The notes: generated by a model from the sequence alone, not told the origin. A stretch of 64,000 nt of DNA from a virus (IMGVR_UViG_3300028380_000482:32001-96000); one strand, 5' to 3'. Counted from the first letter of the stretch, positions 17,998 through 28,361 are shown. Program-made: numbers and translations.

Positions 17998-18557
17998 CAC
18001 CTGCCGAACGTGACTTTTTGTGCAGTATCCGCAAGGCCGAGGGACTCGAACCGGTCTTGCGCGTGTTACTGGATAATGGACAAACCAACAACGACACGGC
18101 ACCAGGAAAACTGACACCGGAAGTGACAGCGCGCATCTTTGCTCTCCGAGGACAGGGGAAGTCCGCTCGTGAAATTGCGGACATGGTGAAGCGGTCGAAA
18201 ACCTCGATTGACTCACTCTTTGCGGCAGAGCGGCAGAGATCGGCGTTACGGGCGGCGAAGGCCACGGACGGACAACGCGACCCGCACGACCACAGGGTGT
18301 TGCCCGAGGTTCTTCCACGTGACCCTCGCATTGGCCGATTGCCGCTCGTCAAAGGTATGTCTCCCTTCGGCAAGAAGCAACCTAAACCACGCCGCCCGAT
18401 CACGCCGAAGGAAGAATCTTTGATCCTCAGTCTTACGCGCCAAGGAACCAGCGTGGCCGACATCTCCGACCAGCTAGAGCGATCAGAAACCGGCATTCGT
18501 CATGTCTTAGAGCGCAACGGATTGCAACCACAAAAGAGGAAAGGAACTTCCAAATGA
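17994..18557 (+). CDS. Protein with two HTH domains
   Basis: LRGQGKSAREIADMVKRSKTSI and LTRQGTSVADISDQLERSETGI. Confidence 0.75.
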   Translation: MTPAERDFLCSIRKAEGLEPVLRVLLDNGQTNNDTAPGKLTPEVTARIFALRGQGKSAREIADMVKRSKTSIDSLFAAERQRSALRAAKATDGQRDPHDHRVLPEVLPRDPRIGRLPLVKGMSPFGKKQPKPRRPITPKEESLILSLTRQGTSVADISDQLERSETGIRHVLERNGLQPQKRKGTSK

Positions 18558-19234
18558 ATACTCACCATGAAGTGTTTAGCGTAACGGTCAGAGACGGAGA
18601 ACTCGCGTTCGGTGTCCGAGAAATAACCGGCAAGGAAGTCTTTCGGGCGATTTTCACCAAACCGGCAGCGGAGGAGCTAGCAAAACTCTGTGACAAGTGG
18701 CCGGGGCGCGACTGGCCCTTTTATCGAGGTCTGCTGAGCACAGAGCGGTTCATTCTTCCGTGTGAGAGCGAAGATCCGACGCCCCTCGCAGAGCCACGAT
18801 CAGAACAAGAGAAGACCGGATTGCAAGAGGTGCTCTCCAAACTGGAATCTTTAATCCAGACGATGGAGGACATCGGCGTCGCGCGAGACTTCCTACCCCA
18901 AGAAGACTGGCTTGCCATCTTCTATGATCCCTCCGATCCGAGTTTTGATGATGTCGCGGAGCTACTACATGCGTGGCAAGACAAAGCAGAGCAGCGCGTT
19001 GCTGAGGAAACGGCAAAGAAGGACGCGGCGAAACATGTTGATCGAGCGGCAGAAATCCTCAGGTTCTATCGGGGACTAACGCCGGGCGAGCTGCAAGAAA
19101 CCGAAGGAACGATCACTTCGTTACTCGCCGATCTGCTGCACTACGTACAAGAAGACATGACTGAAAAACCGCAGGACGTGCTTGCTGAAGCGGTGGACAA
19201 TGCCGTTCGGTACTTTGAGAGCGAATCCAAATAA
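18554..19234 (+). CDS. Hypothetical phage-type protein
   Basis: ATGA-coupled; C-terminal LLADLLHY motif. Confidence 0.65.
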   Translation: MNTHHEVFSVTVRDGELAFGVREITGKEVFRAIFTKPAAEELAKLCDKWPGRDWPFYRGLLSTERFILPCESEDPTPLAEPRSEQEKTGLQEVLSKLESLIQTMEDIGVARDFLPQEDWLAIFYDPSDPSFDDVAELLHAWQDKAEQRVAEETAKKDAAKHVDRAAEILRFYRGLTPGELQETEGTITSLLADLLHYVQEDMTEKPQDVLAEAVDNAVRYFESESK

Positions 19235-19284
19235 GCAACCCGGCTCCCCCGGACCGGGGAGCCGTACACAAGAAGGGAGGCGAG

Positions 19285-19671
19285 GTGGTACAGAAGCAAA
19301 AGAAGATACTTTCGCTTGAGGAAGTCAAAACCCGGACCGATGGTTGGGAATCGGCGCCCGTCCAGACAGAGACGTGGTGTGTCGATGTTCGCCCGCCGAA
19401 ACCAATATTTAGGTTTATTGCAGGCGAACAGCATATTGCGATCCAGAGTCGCACACTGCTTGATGCGTGGAACGCGCTGACCATTAAAGCAAAGCAGCAA
19501 CCGCTCCCCATTGAATTTTCCCGGCAGGTTATCACTGCCTATGATACAGAGGGAACCGTGCTTGGCGCACGTTCGTGGATTAAATGGCAAGAGTTATTGT
19601 GGGAGGATACCTACGGCCCAAACTGGCGCGAAATTATGGATCATGCCGACAGTCTACGGAAAGGAGAATAA
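19285..19671 (+). CDS. Hypothetical protein
   Basis: GGAGG RBS. Confidence 0.55.
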   Translation: MVQKQKKILSLEEVKTRTDGWESAPVQTETWCVDVRPPKPIFRFIAGEQHIAIQSRTLLDAWNALTIKAKQQPLPIEFSRQVITAYDTEGTVLGARSWIKWQELLWEDTYGPNWREIMDHADSLRKGE

Positions 19672-19672
19672 C

Positions 19673-20026
19673 ATGCTGCCCAGTGTCAAACCCGCCCACC
19701 CTACAAAGGTGGCAAGCGAATGCTATGGGTCGTTCGTAGCAGCTATGCTTATCTTTGTGACGGCGTTCGCGGCGGGCTATCTGTTCCCGACCCCGGAACC
19801 TGCCGCGCAGGCCGCAGAACGTCACTTCTGTGTGTATTCGTGGCAGCAGGCCGCAAGCATTGCTCGAAACTTCTCGCCTTCAGTTTCAGAGTTTGAATAC
19901 CGCACGCCCGAGGGAGGAACGGTCATTTGCACGGAAGTCTGTTTGCAGGAAGGCTGCCCTGAGAACACATTTAGTGATAAAGTGAATCAGGGGGAAGTAA
20001 CAGGCTGGCTGCGAAACTCGGAATAG
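19673..20026 (+). CDS. Membrane-anchored Cys-containing hypothetical protein
   Basis: AAGGAG RBS; one TM helix. Confidence 0.55.
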   Translation: MLPSVKPAHPTKVASECYGSFVAAMLIFVTAFAAGYLFPTPEPAAQAAERHFCVYSWQQAASIARNFSPSVSEFEYRTPEGGTVICTEVCLQEGCPENTFSDKVNQGEVTGWLRNSE

Positions 20027-20035
20027 GAGCCACAC

Positions 20036-20302
20036 ATGCCCGCAATAGTTTTCATTCTTTTCACTTTGTATCTTACGTTATCTTTTGAGCCGCCGTTCGG
20101 AGATCCCTTCTTGTCGGACCAGCCAAGAAAATCCCCGCAAGAAATCGCAGCCTATCACATCCAAGTCTGCAATGATTTGTGGCGAGAGCATCCCGATAAT
20201 ACCCTGCTCGATGGTGAAATGTGTTCTGAATGGCGTCGGCGAAAAATTGCCGAAGGCGGCTTTATTGCCGAGAAGGAGGACCCCCATGCTCACATCAACT
20301 GA
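20036..20302 (+). CDS. Exported hypothetical protein
   Basis: AGGAG RBS; hydrophobic N-terminus. Confidence 0.5.
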   Translation: MPAIVFILFTLYLTLSFEPPFGDPFLSDQPRKSPQEIAAYHIQVCNDLWREHPDNTLLDGEMCSEWRRRKIAEGGFIAEKEDPHAHIN

Positions 20303-21340
20303 AGCCTTATTCGTCGCCGATGCCGCCGAGAAATACCCAGTCGGCTGGGGCAAATATTGGCTCAAAAGCAACCCGTCGCATTATACAGCCGAGGACATTG
20401 CCAATCGGCAACCGGCATTCCTGAGCCGCTACGGCTGACCGGCTGTGCAACTCGCTCTGTATCGGGCGGGATCACGGAAACTGATAGAGGACGACCTTGT
20501 CAAAGCCATGACTGACATTAGCCGGACCGGGGGGTGGAAACATCCCGAGCATTACGCAGAGGCACTGAATGAAAATCCATACGGCGTGGCAACCGTACTC
20601 CGCGCATACGCCGTGAAACAGTGAGGAAGAACAGTGAACACCTCGAAATACGTGCGCGCCTTAGAGAAGCATCGCCGCGAAACGCATAGCTGGCTCGTCA
20701 TCTCCGGCATGGTGCGGATCTATTCTTCAACCAAGATTGAGCCGCAACTCATGTGCAATGAGTGCCAGCAGATTATTATAGTAGAGGAACCAAAAGAACC
20801 CGAAGATAAACCAGAAGGAAACGAACCACAATGAAACAATCAACACGGACAAAGCAGAAAGCAAAACCATTTGCTGATCTGATGGAAATTAAAACTGAGA
20901 CGGTCGCGCAATGTGGACTGTGTCTATGGCATCATATAAGTGCGTATCCCATGTCCGCGTGCAGCGAGGCGCTCAGTCATTTGCAGAATAGTCATCCGCT
21001 TGAATCGTCCCATCTGTCATTTTTTACAGGGGAATTCTAGGCCGCTATTGCCGTGTGATTTTTTCGTAGTGAAGCGGAAGTGGGCGGAATCTTTCATCGC
21101 AGCTTCCCTAAAGAAAAACCCCCTACGCAATCGACCTGTTAGGATCGAATATCGAATAGGGGGAATTTTCTTACAGCTTCCTCTCGCCGGTTCGCATTCG
21201 CTGTTCGTGCCGCCGGACGGAAAGGGTCTCCGAGCCCCGCGAGCGTCCCTTTCAGGGCGACTTATTACGGGGGAAGGATAGGCATTCTTCTACGCTGTTC
21301 GTGAAATCTGTCAAGCCTGCACCCTTGGTCGGAATGCGCC

Positions 21341-21379
21341 AAAAGAAAGAGCCCTCGGCGGGGTGGGCAGGGGGCTCTT
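21341..21379 (-). terminator. Intrinsic terminator at the end of the late operon
   Basis: AAGAGCCC...GGGCTCTT stem followed by TCTTTT on the - strand. Confidence 0.7.
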
Positions 21380-21442
21380 ACAATGGGAATGGATATGTTG
21401 AGTACGGCGAGTATACGCTCGCTGTTGGCTGCATGTCAAATT

Positions 21443-21754
21443 TTACTGCGGAGCAACGTCGGGATGGGGAGAGGGTTGCGGCGGGGCCGTCTCAGCGGGG
21501 GACGGGGCAGGAGTAGGGGCGGGCGGTGGTGTAGTGTCTTTGGTAATCCCTTCAAGCCGCGCTTTTTCTTGCATCGCCTGACGGAATTGCTGCTGCGCAA
21601 CCGCAACATTGAGTTGCGCATTTTGTTGCAATAGGTTTTGCACCTGCAATTTTTCCTGCACACACTCCTCGGCCTGCGCCGGAAGGAGATGAATCAGGAA
21701 AGCAAACAATAACCCGACGACTACCCCCGCCCCTGCTTGAATCAGTTTGTTCAT
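21443..21754 (-). CDS. Exported coiled-coil, Pro-rich protein (spanin-like candidate)
   Basis: N-terminal TM/signal, Gln-rich helix and Pro-rich tail; ATGA-coupled to the endolysin. Confidence 0.5.
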   Translation of the reverse strand: MNKLIQAGAGVVVGLLFAFLIHLLPAQAEECVQEKLQVQNLLQQNAQLNVAVAQQQFRQAMQEKARLEGITKDTTPPPAPTPAPSPAETAPPQPSPHPDVAPQ

Positions 21755-22368
21755 ATTTCTTTCCTCCCTCTCGGCATTATACTCGCAGTGAGTATGTGGT
21801 CAAATTGTTGCGCAAGTCCTGCAATCTTGGCCGCCTGATCGGTCCCATTCACACAGCGGCGGGCGTCATAATAACTCCACGTCTTCCCATCAAGATACTG
21901 CCCGAGCCGTTTGCCAGTAAACAACCCTTCACACATCCCGAGCGAGGCAATGCGATAGCTATGTTCTGCCTCAAGCGCTAATTCAGGGGTAGTAAGGAGA
22001 TCCACGCCCAAGAGGCCAGAGAACGTCTCAAAATGTCCCCGCCCAGTAATCTGCACGTACCCATGCCCACAGTAGGTGTATGCGTCGGAGAGGGACTGAT
22101 TCCCGAGCACGTTGCAAATCTTTTTGTTGTGCCAGTAGCGCCGCACGAAGTATTCCTTGCCGCCCCGTTCCCGGATCGGCTGCCAGGTATCCGCAGTTTC
22201 GTGTTTGGTTGTCGCTAGGAAGTAGCTCACATACCGAGGATTTGCAGTGAGGACTTGGTCTGACTCGATGCAGGACAGGAGAGTCGTGAGGCCGTCGACT
22301 TGTGATTGCGAGAGCGAACCGAACGCCCGCCGATAGCCTGCGAAGAATTTTGCCCGGTCGATTTTCAC
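21751..22368 (-). CDS. Endolysin, glycoside hydrolase family 19
   Basis: YFLATTKHET...PIRE...YCGHGYVQITGR...ARRCVNG. Confidence 0.9.
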   Translation of the reverse strand: MKIDRAKFFAGYRRAFGSLSQSQVDGLTTLLSCIESDQVLTANPRYVSYFLATTKHETADTWQPIRERGGKEYFVRRYWHNKKICNVLGNQSLSDAYTYCGHGYVQITGRGHFETFSGLLGVDLLTTPELALEAEHSYRIASLGMCEGLFTGKRLGQYLDGKTWSYYDARRCVNGTDQAAKIAGLAQQFDHILTASIMPRGRKEI

Positions 22369-22369
22369 G

Positions 22370-22717
22370 TTACGGCCCTTCCCCCCCGAACACTTTTGCC
22401 GCCACGGCGCGAATCAACAAGGCACCAATCACTGCGGCCACCACTTGCCACACGCGGGCGTTACTACTGGCTTTCTCCGTCACCAGTTTCTTCACCTCGT
22501 TTTCGATAGCGGCAATACGACTCGTAAATCCTCCACTGCCTTTCTCGTCGCCGCGTAACGTCTTGAGAATGTAGAATATCAGGTCGTGATCCTTCGCCTG
22601 TTCGGCTTCCATGTGTTTGGTATTGGCAGCGAGGATGGCGACCTGCTCCTTGAGGCTATCAATGGCGACATGGAGCCGCTCGACATGGGCCTCAAGCCGA
22701 GCATCTCCGTTACTCAC
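22370..22717 (-). CDS. Coiled-coil protein with C-terminal TM (holin/antiholin-like)
   Basis: Topology and position next to the endolysin. Confidence 0.55.
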   Translation of the reverse strand: MSNGDARLEAHVERLHVAIDSLKEQVAILAANTKHMEAEQAKDHDLIFYILKTLRGDEKGSGGFTSRIAAIENEVKKLVTEKASSNARVWQVVAAVIGALLIRAVAAKVFGGEGP

Positions 22718-22718
22718 G

Positions 22719-23081
22719 TTACCTCCGCATCCAGGGCGGGAGCCCTTCGGGCGGAGGTTGGAGGAGTAAGCTATCCGGGGTGGGTTTCAACACGCCGACC
22801 ACCATCCGAGGATGAGCGGTTTTCAGTGGCTGTGTGGTGAGGCGACGAAGAATGATATTGATAAACGCGGTCACTGTGGTGATAGTCCCAGGGGGAACGA
22901 TGCCAAGGGTGCCGATAAGCTGGAGTGCTTCCAAGCTCGCCGCGCTGACGTTGAACCACACGGTTTTCGATTTCCACCATTCTTTGCCGACCACTTCGAT
23001 TTCGACGGTATTGGTAGGCAGGTCCGTTCCTAACGGGGGTATCAGCGACCCTAACACAAAGGGCGGAGTCGGTTCGGTCAT
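22719..23081 (-). CDS. Putative holin
   Basis: KEWWKSKTVWFN...INIILRRLTTQP pattern. Confidence 0.65.
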   Translation of the reverse strand: MTEPTPPFVLGSLIPPLGTDLPTNTVEIEVVGKEWWKSKTVWFNVSAASLEALQLIGTLGIVPPGTITTVTAFINIILRRLTTQPLKTAHPRMVVGVLKPTPDSLLLQPPPEGLPPWMRR

Positions 23082-23236
23082 AGCCAGACCCCAAGCAATC
23101 GAAGGAGGTAAATAATGACCGCAACCGCGACCACCACACGAAAGATGTTCTTGAGCTGGGCATCGGAGACAAGGGTCTCAATCACATAGAGGACAAGGGC
23201 CAAAACCAGGATGAGAATGAGCAGTTGCATAATCAT
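23078..23236 (-). CDS. 52-aa two-TM membrane protein (holin-like), not in the ORF track
   Basis: Translated by hand as MIMQLLILILVLALVLYVIETLVSDAQLKNIFRVVVAVAVIIYLLRLLGVWL; GGAG RBS; ATGA overlaps on both sides. Confidence 0.75.
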   Translation of the reverse strand: MIMQLLILILVLALVLYVIETLVSDAQLKNIFRVVVAVAVIIYLLRLLGVWL

Positions 23237-23520
23237 GGCTTATCTCCCCTCTTCTTCTCTTCACGTTCGATCTTGGTAAACAGATCAGGAGTTGGGAGCG
23301 GATCGAACTGCCCCTCTTCCTCTGGCGGCGGGGCCGAGAAGAAGTTCCGTGCCACTGCCGTCGCCTCTTCATTATCTTTAGCCGCAAGTCCAATCACCGC
23401 TGTTCCTGCGGCTTGGATCGCCCCCCCAAGCACCGGATTGAATGCGACACTGACCACATAGCCCGCGATGTTGGTAATTCCCCCGACGGTCGTCCAGAGG
23501 TTCTTGCGTTTCTTCTTCAT
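23233..23520 (-). CDS. Putative holin-like membrane protein
   Basis: KNLWTTVGG...IGLAAKD; ATG 23520 after GGAGG. Confidence 0.6.
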   Translation of the reverse strand: MKKKRKNLWTTVGGITNIAGYVVSVAFNPVLGGAIQAAGTAVIGLAAKDNEEATAVARNFFSAPPPEEEGQFDPLPTPDLFTKIEREEKKRGDKP

Positions 23521-23537
23521 GTGATGCCCTCCTTCCC

Positions 23538-26500
23538 TTACTGGTAATACCGGGCGGACGCCCGCCGTCGCACCGTTGCTGCCGTCACAGGATTGAAGCT
23601 CGCTCCCATTTGCGCCCAACTCGCCGTGGTATTCCCAACCGTCCAATTCATCGTAACACTCGATCCCGTCGACGGTTCAGTCGACATGCTCCCTTCGACG
23701 TTACTTGATTCATTCGGATTCGCGGCAGTGGTTTGATTGACGCCAATCCCGGTTTGGAGCGGTCCGACGGCGAGGTTGGTCAGCGAGTTCAGCGCCGTCA
23801 CACAATCGACCACGAGGTCTCCGCTGGCACTTCCAGTGACAGTGATGCCGGGGGGCGTGCTGCTCGTGCCCGTGCCGATCACCGCCGTATCGAACGGGGT
23901 GGTTGGGCTCACGTCTTTGAGAAAGAGAATCCCGCCGACGAGAAACTGATTAGTCGTGTTGGCCTGCATGGTAAAGGCATGTGGGCTGCCGTCACAGGTC
24001 GGATTGAGTTGATAGTACAGTTGGGCAAAGGTGCCGTTGTTCCCGGCCTCTTGAGCTGGTCCCCCAGGAACTACGGTCATATTCACACTATTCCACTGCG
24101 GCAGATTGAGTGTGATCGCCGAGGCCCCCGCCTTGCGGGTCGACAGACACGCCACGGCGACGACATTGGTACTGCCACTGGGGCAGGTCGCGTTCACCGT
24201 CTGGAGGGCCATCGTCGCGGTTACGCCGCTATTCATCGTGACTGGCGTCCCGATCACAGAGGGGCTGGTGAGCGTCGTTGTCACGTACTCATAGGCACCG
24301 ATGTCATAGGTGCCGTTTTGCGGACGCGTGGTGCCGACGAAATCGGTGGTCACGACCGATGATACGAGACTCGATCCTTGATCGATCGCGGGTGAGCCGA
24401 CGAGGAGCGCAAAATTCCCCACCGCCGCATTGGCAAACGTCGGATTTCCCACCACGGCGCAGCCCGTGCCTGCGACCCCACAGAGATTCTGCGTGAACAC
24501 TGTTCCTGTCCCCGTGTTTACGTTGGTCGTGGTGTTCTGATAGCAAATATTGTTGCGGATGAGCGCGGCACTTTGCGGGCTCTCAATCAGCATACAGCGT
24601 CCCCCGCCCGACTTCAGATTGTTCCAGATGGTATTGTTATAGATTTGATTATTGGTCCCGCCAAAGGCCAGCCAGAGTCCGTCGCCATTGGTATTATAGA
24701 TCAGATTGTTATAGAACTGGCTGTTATCTCCAGACCCCAGGAGGATGCCATAATCAATATTATTGCGAATGGTATTATAACGATAGATATTTCCGCTCAC
24801 GCCACCCGTACCGAGGTAGGTATCAATCCCCGCCCGCCCGTTATCGTGGATGTCGTTATACTCGACAATCGAGTTGGAGGCGGTGATCCACAGTCCTGGC
24901 ACGGTCGTGCGCGCATGGTGAATGTTGCAATGATCGATGAGGATCTCGGTCCCATTAGCGTAGATCAAGCCGGTCGGGCTGGCGGTGACCCCGCCGTTCA
25001 TAATTTCGGCATTGGTAATCTGCATGTGGCCGCTGGTGGCATTGAAGCCGCCGAGTTTATACCCCTCGCCGGTGGCAGCGGTCGCATCGCAGTTGATCCC
25101 GTCAAAAATAACGTACTGCTTGACACTGGTCGTGCCTAATGTCACACAGCGCGTGCCCGCCCCACCGCTCGGCTTGAGCCACACCGAAGCGCCAGGGGCG
25201 GCGCGGACTTGTAAGGCATTCGCCCAACTGGTGCCGCCGTTGACGCTCTCATTTAAGTGTTCGGCATAATCGCCCGCCGCAATCTGTACGATCGAGCTTG
25301 ACCCGGCTCCGCTGCCGGTGCCGATACAACCAAAGGCAGCAGTGATCGTCTGTTTAGGAGTGCCCGGATTCTGCGCCGCCGTACAGTCATTGCTATTACT
25401 CCCAGTTGTGGCGACATACAACGTCAGCGGCCCGCCCGTGCCCGTGGTAAACGACCAGACGGCGTCCGCCACCAGCGCATTCCCAGCAGAATCCTTAACC
25501 CCACTCGCCCCGCTCAGCACCGTCACGGTGTAGACCGTGCTGGCCGCAAGCGGACTATTCGGCGTAAGCAGTGCCGTGACCTGCCCCCCAGTATAGGATA
25601 CCGTTGCTGGAATGGTCGTGAGCGCCGGATTTTTCAGCAGGATCTTGGTATTGGTGATGGTGGCGCTATCCATCGTCTCACTAAAGGTGACGGTCACGGC
25701 TGCCGTCAGGGGAACGCCAGTGGCGCCGTTGACTGGCGCTTGCCCGGTCACGGTGGGCGGCGTCGTGTCCGCCGTAGTAAATTCATAGGCCCCAATGTCG
25801 AACGCGGAGCCTTGGGGTCGGAACGTCCCTTCGAAATCACTCGTCAAGCCAAGCGACGTGAGATTAAACCCCTGATTCACGGCGGCAGTGGAGGAGGCTT
25901 GCAAATGGAAGTCATCCGCAGCGGCGTTGACAAAATTGGGGTTGGTAGAAGAGTTATTACTCTGGGTAATGGTCGCAGAACTTCCACCGTTCACCACGCT
26001 ATTCGATCCGGCATTGTTCCAACAGATATTGTTGCGCACCAGTGCGGTTCCCGAAGTCCCAGCCCCAATGTGAATACAGGCCCCATTCACGTACTGATCG
26101 CCCACCGTCCCGTAAATGGTATTGTTATAGATGGAGATATTCGACACGTCATAGTTGCTGGCAATGCCTGCGCCGGTATTCCCATAGACCAAATTGTTAT
26201 GGACCAGGGTGCCGCTGCCTTTGGTGATCATAATGCCGACGCCAACCTTGCCACCGGGAATTCCATTCGCCCACACGCTGTTATAGCGGGCAATCACGTT
26301 ATTGGTGTATCCGGCAACACTGGAATTCCAAATGTCGATGCCGACGCTGGCGCTGTGATGGACATTGTTATACTCAAACAGATTGTTCGCGGCGCTGACG
26401 TAAAGCGCGGGCGGAAAATCCGCACCAGCGGGGAAATTTGCCCAGTTCCCATTGTTCCCGATTTCGTTGTTCAGATATTCATTGCAGCAGCCAGAGAGCG

Positions 26501-27053
26501 GATCAGTGGTGTTGGTGGTATTGAGCACGGCGCTCATCCGCGCCCGTTTCAGCGTATTGTTCTGTATGCGAATATGATCGGCCCGGTTGAAAATTCCGTC
26601 AATTTTAATCAAATGCGAGCCGTAGTTCGGGTCGCCCAACGAGTGCCCGCCAAGACCATCAAGGGTGAGATTCTGCAAAATAATATAGCGCTGCGCGGTC
26701 GCCCCCTGACCAAAGGTGAAGATTGCACTCTCGACCGTCGGGTGTTGGGTGAGGGTGGCGGTCTCTCCGGGATACGACATAATCGTGACGGGCGTGCTCC
26801 ACGAGGTCCCGGTCGGGACATTTTCAAGATGTTCGGCGTAAGTCCCCTGCCGAATGTAGAGGGTATCTCCGGGTGCGAGACACGTGACACCGGACGCGAC
26901 GGTCAGCTTGGGCGTTGCGAGGGTTTGTGCCGTCGCGCAGCTCCGCGCATCGCTGCCTCCAGTTTGCGCCACATAATAGTTGGCCGCTTGCGCAGAATGT
27001 CCCCACAACAGAGAGAACAGGACGAACACCCAGACGAGTGTGAATTTTGTCAT
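23538..27053 (-). CDS. Secreted protein with two right-handed beta-helix domains, an Ig-like domain and a C-terminal beta-sandwich
   Basis: Signal peptide ending SAQA; duplicated YVA.TG...RPQ...DIGAYE units; DTTPPTV...VTFSETMD Ig-like domain. Confidence 0.85.
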   Translation of the reverse strand: MTKFTLVWVFVLFSLLWGHSAQAANYYVAQTGGSDARSCATAQTLATPKLTVASGVTCLAPGDTLYIRQGTYAEHLENVPTGTSWSTPVTIMSYPGETATLTQHPTVESAIFTFGQGATAQRYIILQNLTLDGLGGHSLGDPNYGSHLIKIDGIFNRADHIRIQNNTLKRARMSAVLNTTNTTDPLSGCCNEYLNNEIGNNGNWANFPAGADFPPALYVSAANNLFEYNNVHHSASVGIDIWNSSVAGYTNNVIARYNSVWANGIPGGKVGVGIMITKGSGTLVHNNLVYGNTGAGIASNYDVSNISIYNNTIYGTVGDQYVNGACIHIGAGTSGTALVRNNICWNNAGSNSVVNGGSSATITQSNNSSTNPNFVNAAADDFHLQASSTAAVNQGFNLTSLGLTSDFEGTFRPQGSAFDIGAYEFTTADTTPPTVTGQAPVNGATGVPLTAAVTVTFSETMDSATITNTKILLKNPALTTIPATVSYTGGQVTALLTPNSPLAASTVYTVTVLSGASGVKDSAGNALVADAVWSFTTGTGGPLTLYVATTGSNSNDCTAAQNPGTPKQTITAAFGCIGTGSGAGSSSIVQIAAGDYAEHLNESVNGGTSWANALQVRAAPGASVWLKPSGGAGTRCVTLGTTSVKQYVIFDGINCDATAATGEGYKLGGFNATSGHMQITNAEIMNGGVTASPTGLIYANGTEILIDHCNIHHARTTVPGLWITASNSIVEYNDIHDNGRAGIDTYLGTGGVSGNIYRYNTIRNNIDYGILLGSGDNSQFYNNLIYNTNGDGLWLAFGGTNNQIYNNTIWNNLKSGGGRCMLIESPQSAALIRNNICYQNTTTNVNTGTGTVFTQNLCGVAGTGCAVVGNPTFANAAVGNFALLVGSPAIDQGSSLVSSVVTTDFVGTTRPQNGTYDIGAYEYVTTTLTSPSVIGTPVTMNSGVTATMALQTVNATCPSGSTNVVAVACLSTRKAGASAITLNLPQWNSVNMTVVPGGPAQEAGNNGTFAQLYYQLNPTCDGSPHAFTMQANTTNQFLVGGILFLKDVSPTTPFDTAVIGTGTSSTPPGITVTGSASGDLVVDCVTALNSLTNLAVGPLQTGIGVNQTTAANPNESSNVEGSMSTEPSTGSSVTMNWTVGNTTASWAQMGASFNPVTAATVRRRASARYYQ

Positions 27054-27853
27054 TACCGCCCTACTCCTAAGAGCATGAACTGTGGCACAGCGAGGGACGG
27101 CGGGATTTCTACAATCACGGGCGGCTGGTACCGCCGAAATTCCAAGAAGGGATCGCGGTAGAGACTCTGAATTTCCTGGGCATCGAGCGCCCGGTTGTAA
27201 ATCCGTACGTCGTCCAGCTTACCTTTGTAGAAATCCCCCAAATTTTCCGAGCCGAGATAGACCGGCGTTGTGCTGTCAAACATGGTTGCTGGCGTTGAGC
27301 CAGTCACAGTCCCCGGAAGCGGTGCGCCATCCCGATAGATGAGCTGAATCTGTGGGGTCGCCCCTCTCCAGACCCCCACAATGTGATGCCACACGCCTAT
27401 CGTATCAGTCGTGAACGCTGCCGTACTGCCAAACCACACGTCCCCCGTGCTGGTGGCAGTGACGGATAAGTAATACTTGTTATCTGTGGAGCGCAGCAAT
27501 TCAAATGATCGTTGAGCGCCAGCAGAGAGAGACCATTTTGTCACGTAAGGTTGTATGACCCCATTCTCTGCTTCATTGACCCATACGGAGACCGTCAACT
27601 CTTGGATTGGAAAGGGACGATCAGGAATGGTCACGTAATCATTGGTCCCATCAAAATTGATCGCGCCCCCAAACTGCCCCACATCCCAGGTCGGACCACC
27701 CGTCAGTACCCCGGTCCAGCCGTTGCCGCTCACATCATAGGCATTGAGGCCCGCGCCTTCGTTGCACATCCAGTGACCCATACAGCCCCGGTAGCGGGGG
27801 TGGCCGCGATGCCCGCCGCCCGAAATTTGCGCCAGTGAGGGCTTATACAGCAC
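27053..27853 (-). CDS. LamG/concanavalin A-like lectin domain protein
   Basis: FDGTNDYV, WHHIVGV, GKLDDVRIYNRAL. Confidence 0.9.
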   Translation of the reverse strand: MLYKPSLAQISGGGHRGHPRYRGCMGHWMCNEGAGLNAYDVSGNGWTGVLTGGPTWDVGQFGGAINFDGTNDYVTIPDRPFPIQELTVSVWVNEAENGVIQPYVTKWSLSAGAQRSFELLRSTDNKYYLSVTATSTGDVWFGSTAAFTTDTIGVWHHIVGVWRGATPQIQLIYRDGAPLPGTVTGSTPATMFDSTTPVYLGSENLGDFYKGKLDDVRIYNRALDAQEIQSLYRDPFLEFRRYQPPVIVEIPPSLAVPQFMLLGVGR

Positions 27854-28344
27854 TAGAGGCTTACTCCCGTGTAGTTGAGGACGTGGTCGCCCGCCGTCGC
27901 ACTGAGTGCCACGTTACTATCATGCACGACAAAGAGGCCATGAAATTTGGGCATCTGCCCACCGAAGGCTTGCGCGAGCGAAACTGGACCAAACCAGTAC
28001 ACTCGGCTTGCAGTCGTATCGACAAACAGCCGATCCACAAGCCGGAGGGCCCCGCGCTTGATATTGGCGCTGGTAATCGTGCGGTTACCGGAAGTCCCGG
28101 TGAGGACATCAGGATAGGTCGGGGTGTCGTTCACGCTGCCGAACGCCCAAATCTCAATAGTACGGTCCGCCGTCGCGGCGCTGCTGCCCATCGTGATCCT
28201 GCCGCCCACCAGGAAATCATTGTAGGTCGTCGTGGTATTATCAACCGTCGTGCTCTGCGTGCCCGCTAACAACACCCCAGCGGTCGTCGATGCCAAGCTA
28301 GTGAGCGTGATCGTGTAGGCTGCCGATGCCCCGTAGGTACTCAT
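27853..28344 (-). CDS. Hypothetical beta-rich virion-associated protein
   Basis: AAGGAG RBS; coupled to the LamG gene. Confidence 0.6.
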   Translation of the reverse strand: MSTYGASAAYTITLTSLASTTAGVLLAGTQSTTVDNTTTTYNDFLVGGRITMGSSAATADRTIEIWAFGSVNDTPTYPDVLTGTSGNRTITSANIKRGALRLVDRLFVDTTASRVYWFGPVSLAQAFGGQMPKFHGLFVVHDSNVALSATAGDHVLNYTGVSL

Positions 28345-28361
28345 TTAGGATCTCCTTGGGG

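Noticed and set aside
21215-21265. c-di-GMP-I riboswitch on the - strand (CCCTGAAAGGGACGC)
   Set aside because: Lacks the upstream GCAAA and downstream CAAAGC conserved elements.
25740-27161. Long + strand ORFs over the late operon (also 40378-41448, 57559-58428, 60407-61246)
   Set aside because: Antisense shadows expected from codon bias of the long - strand genes.
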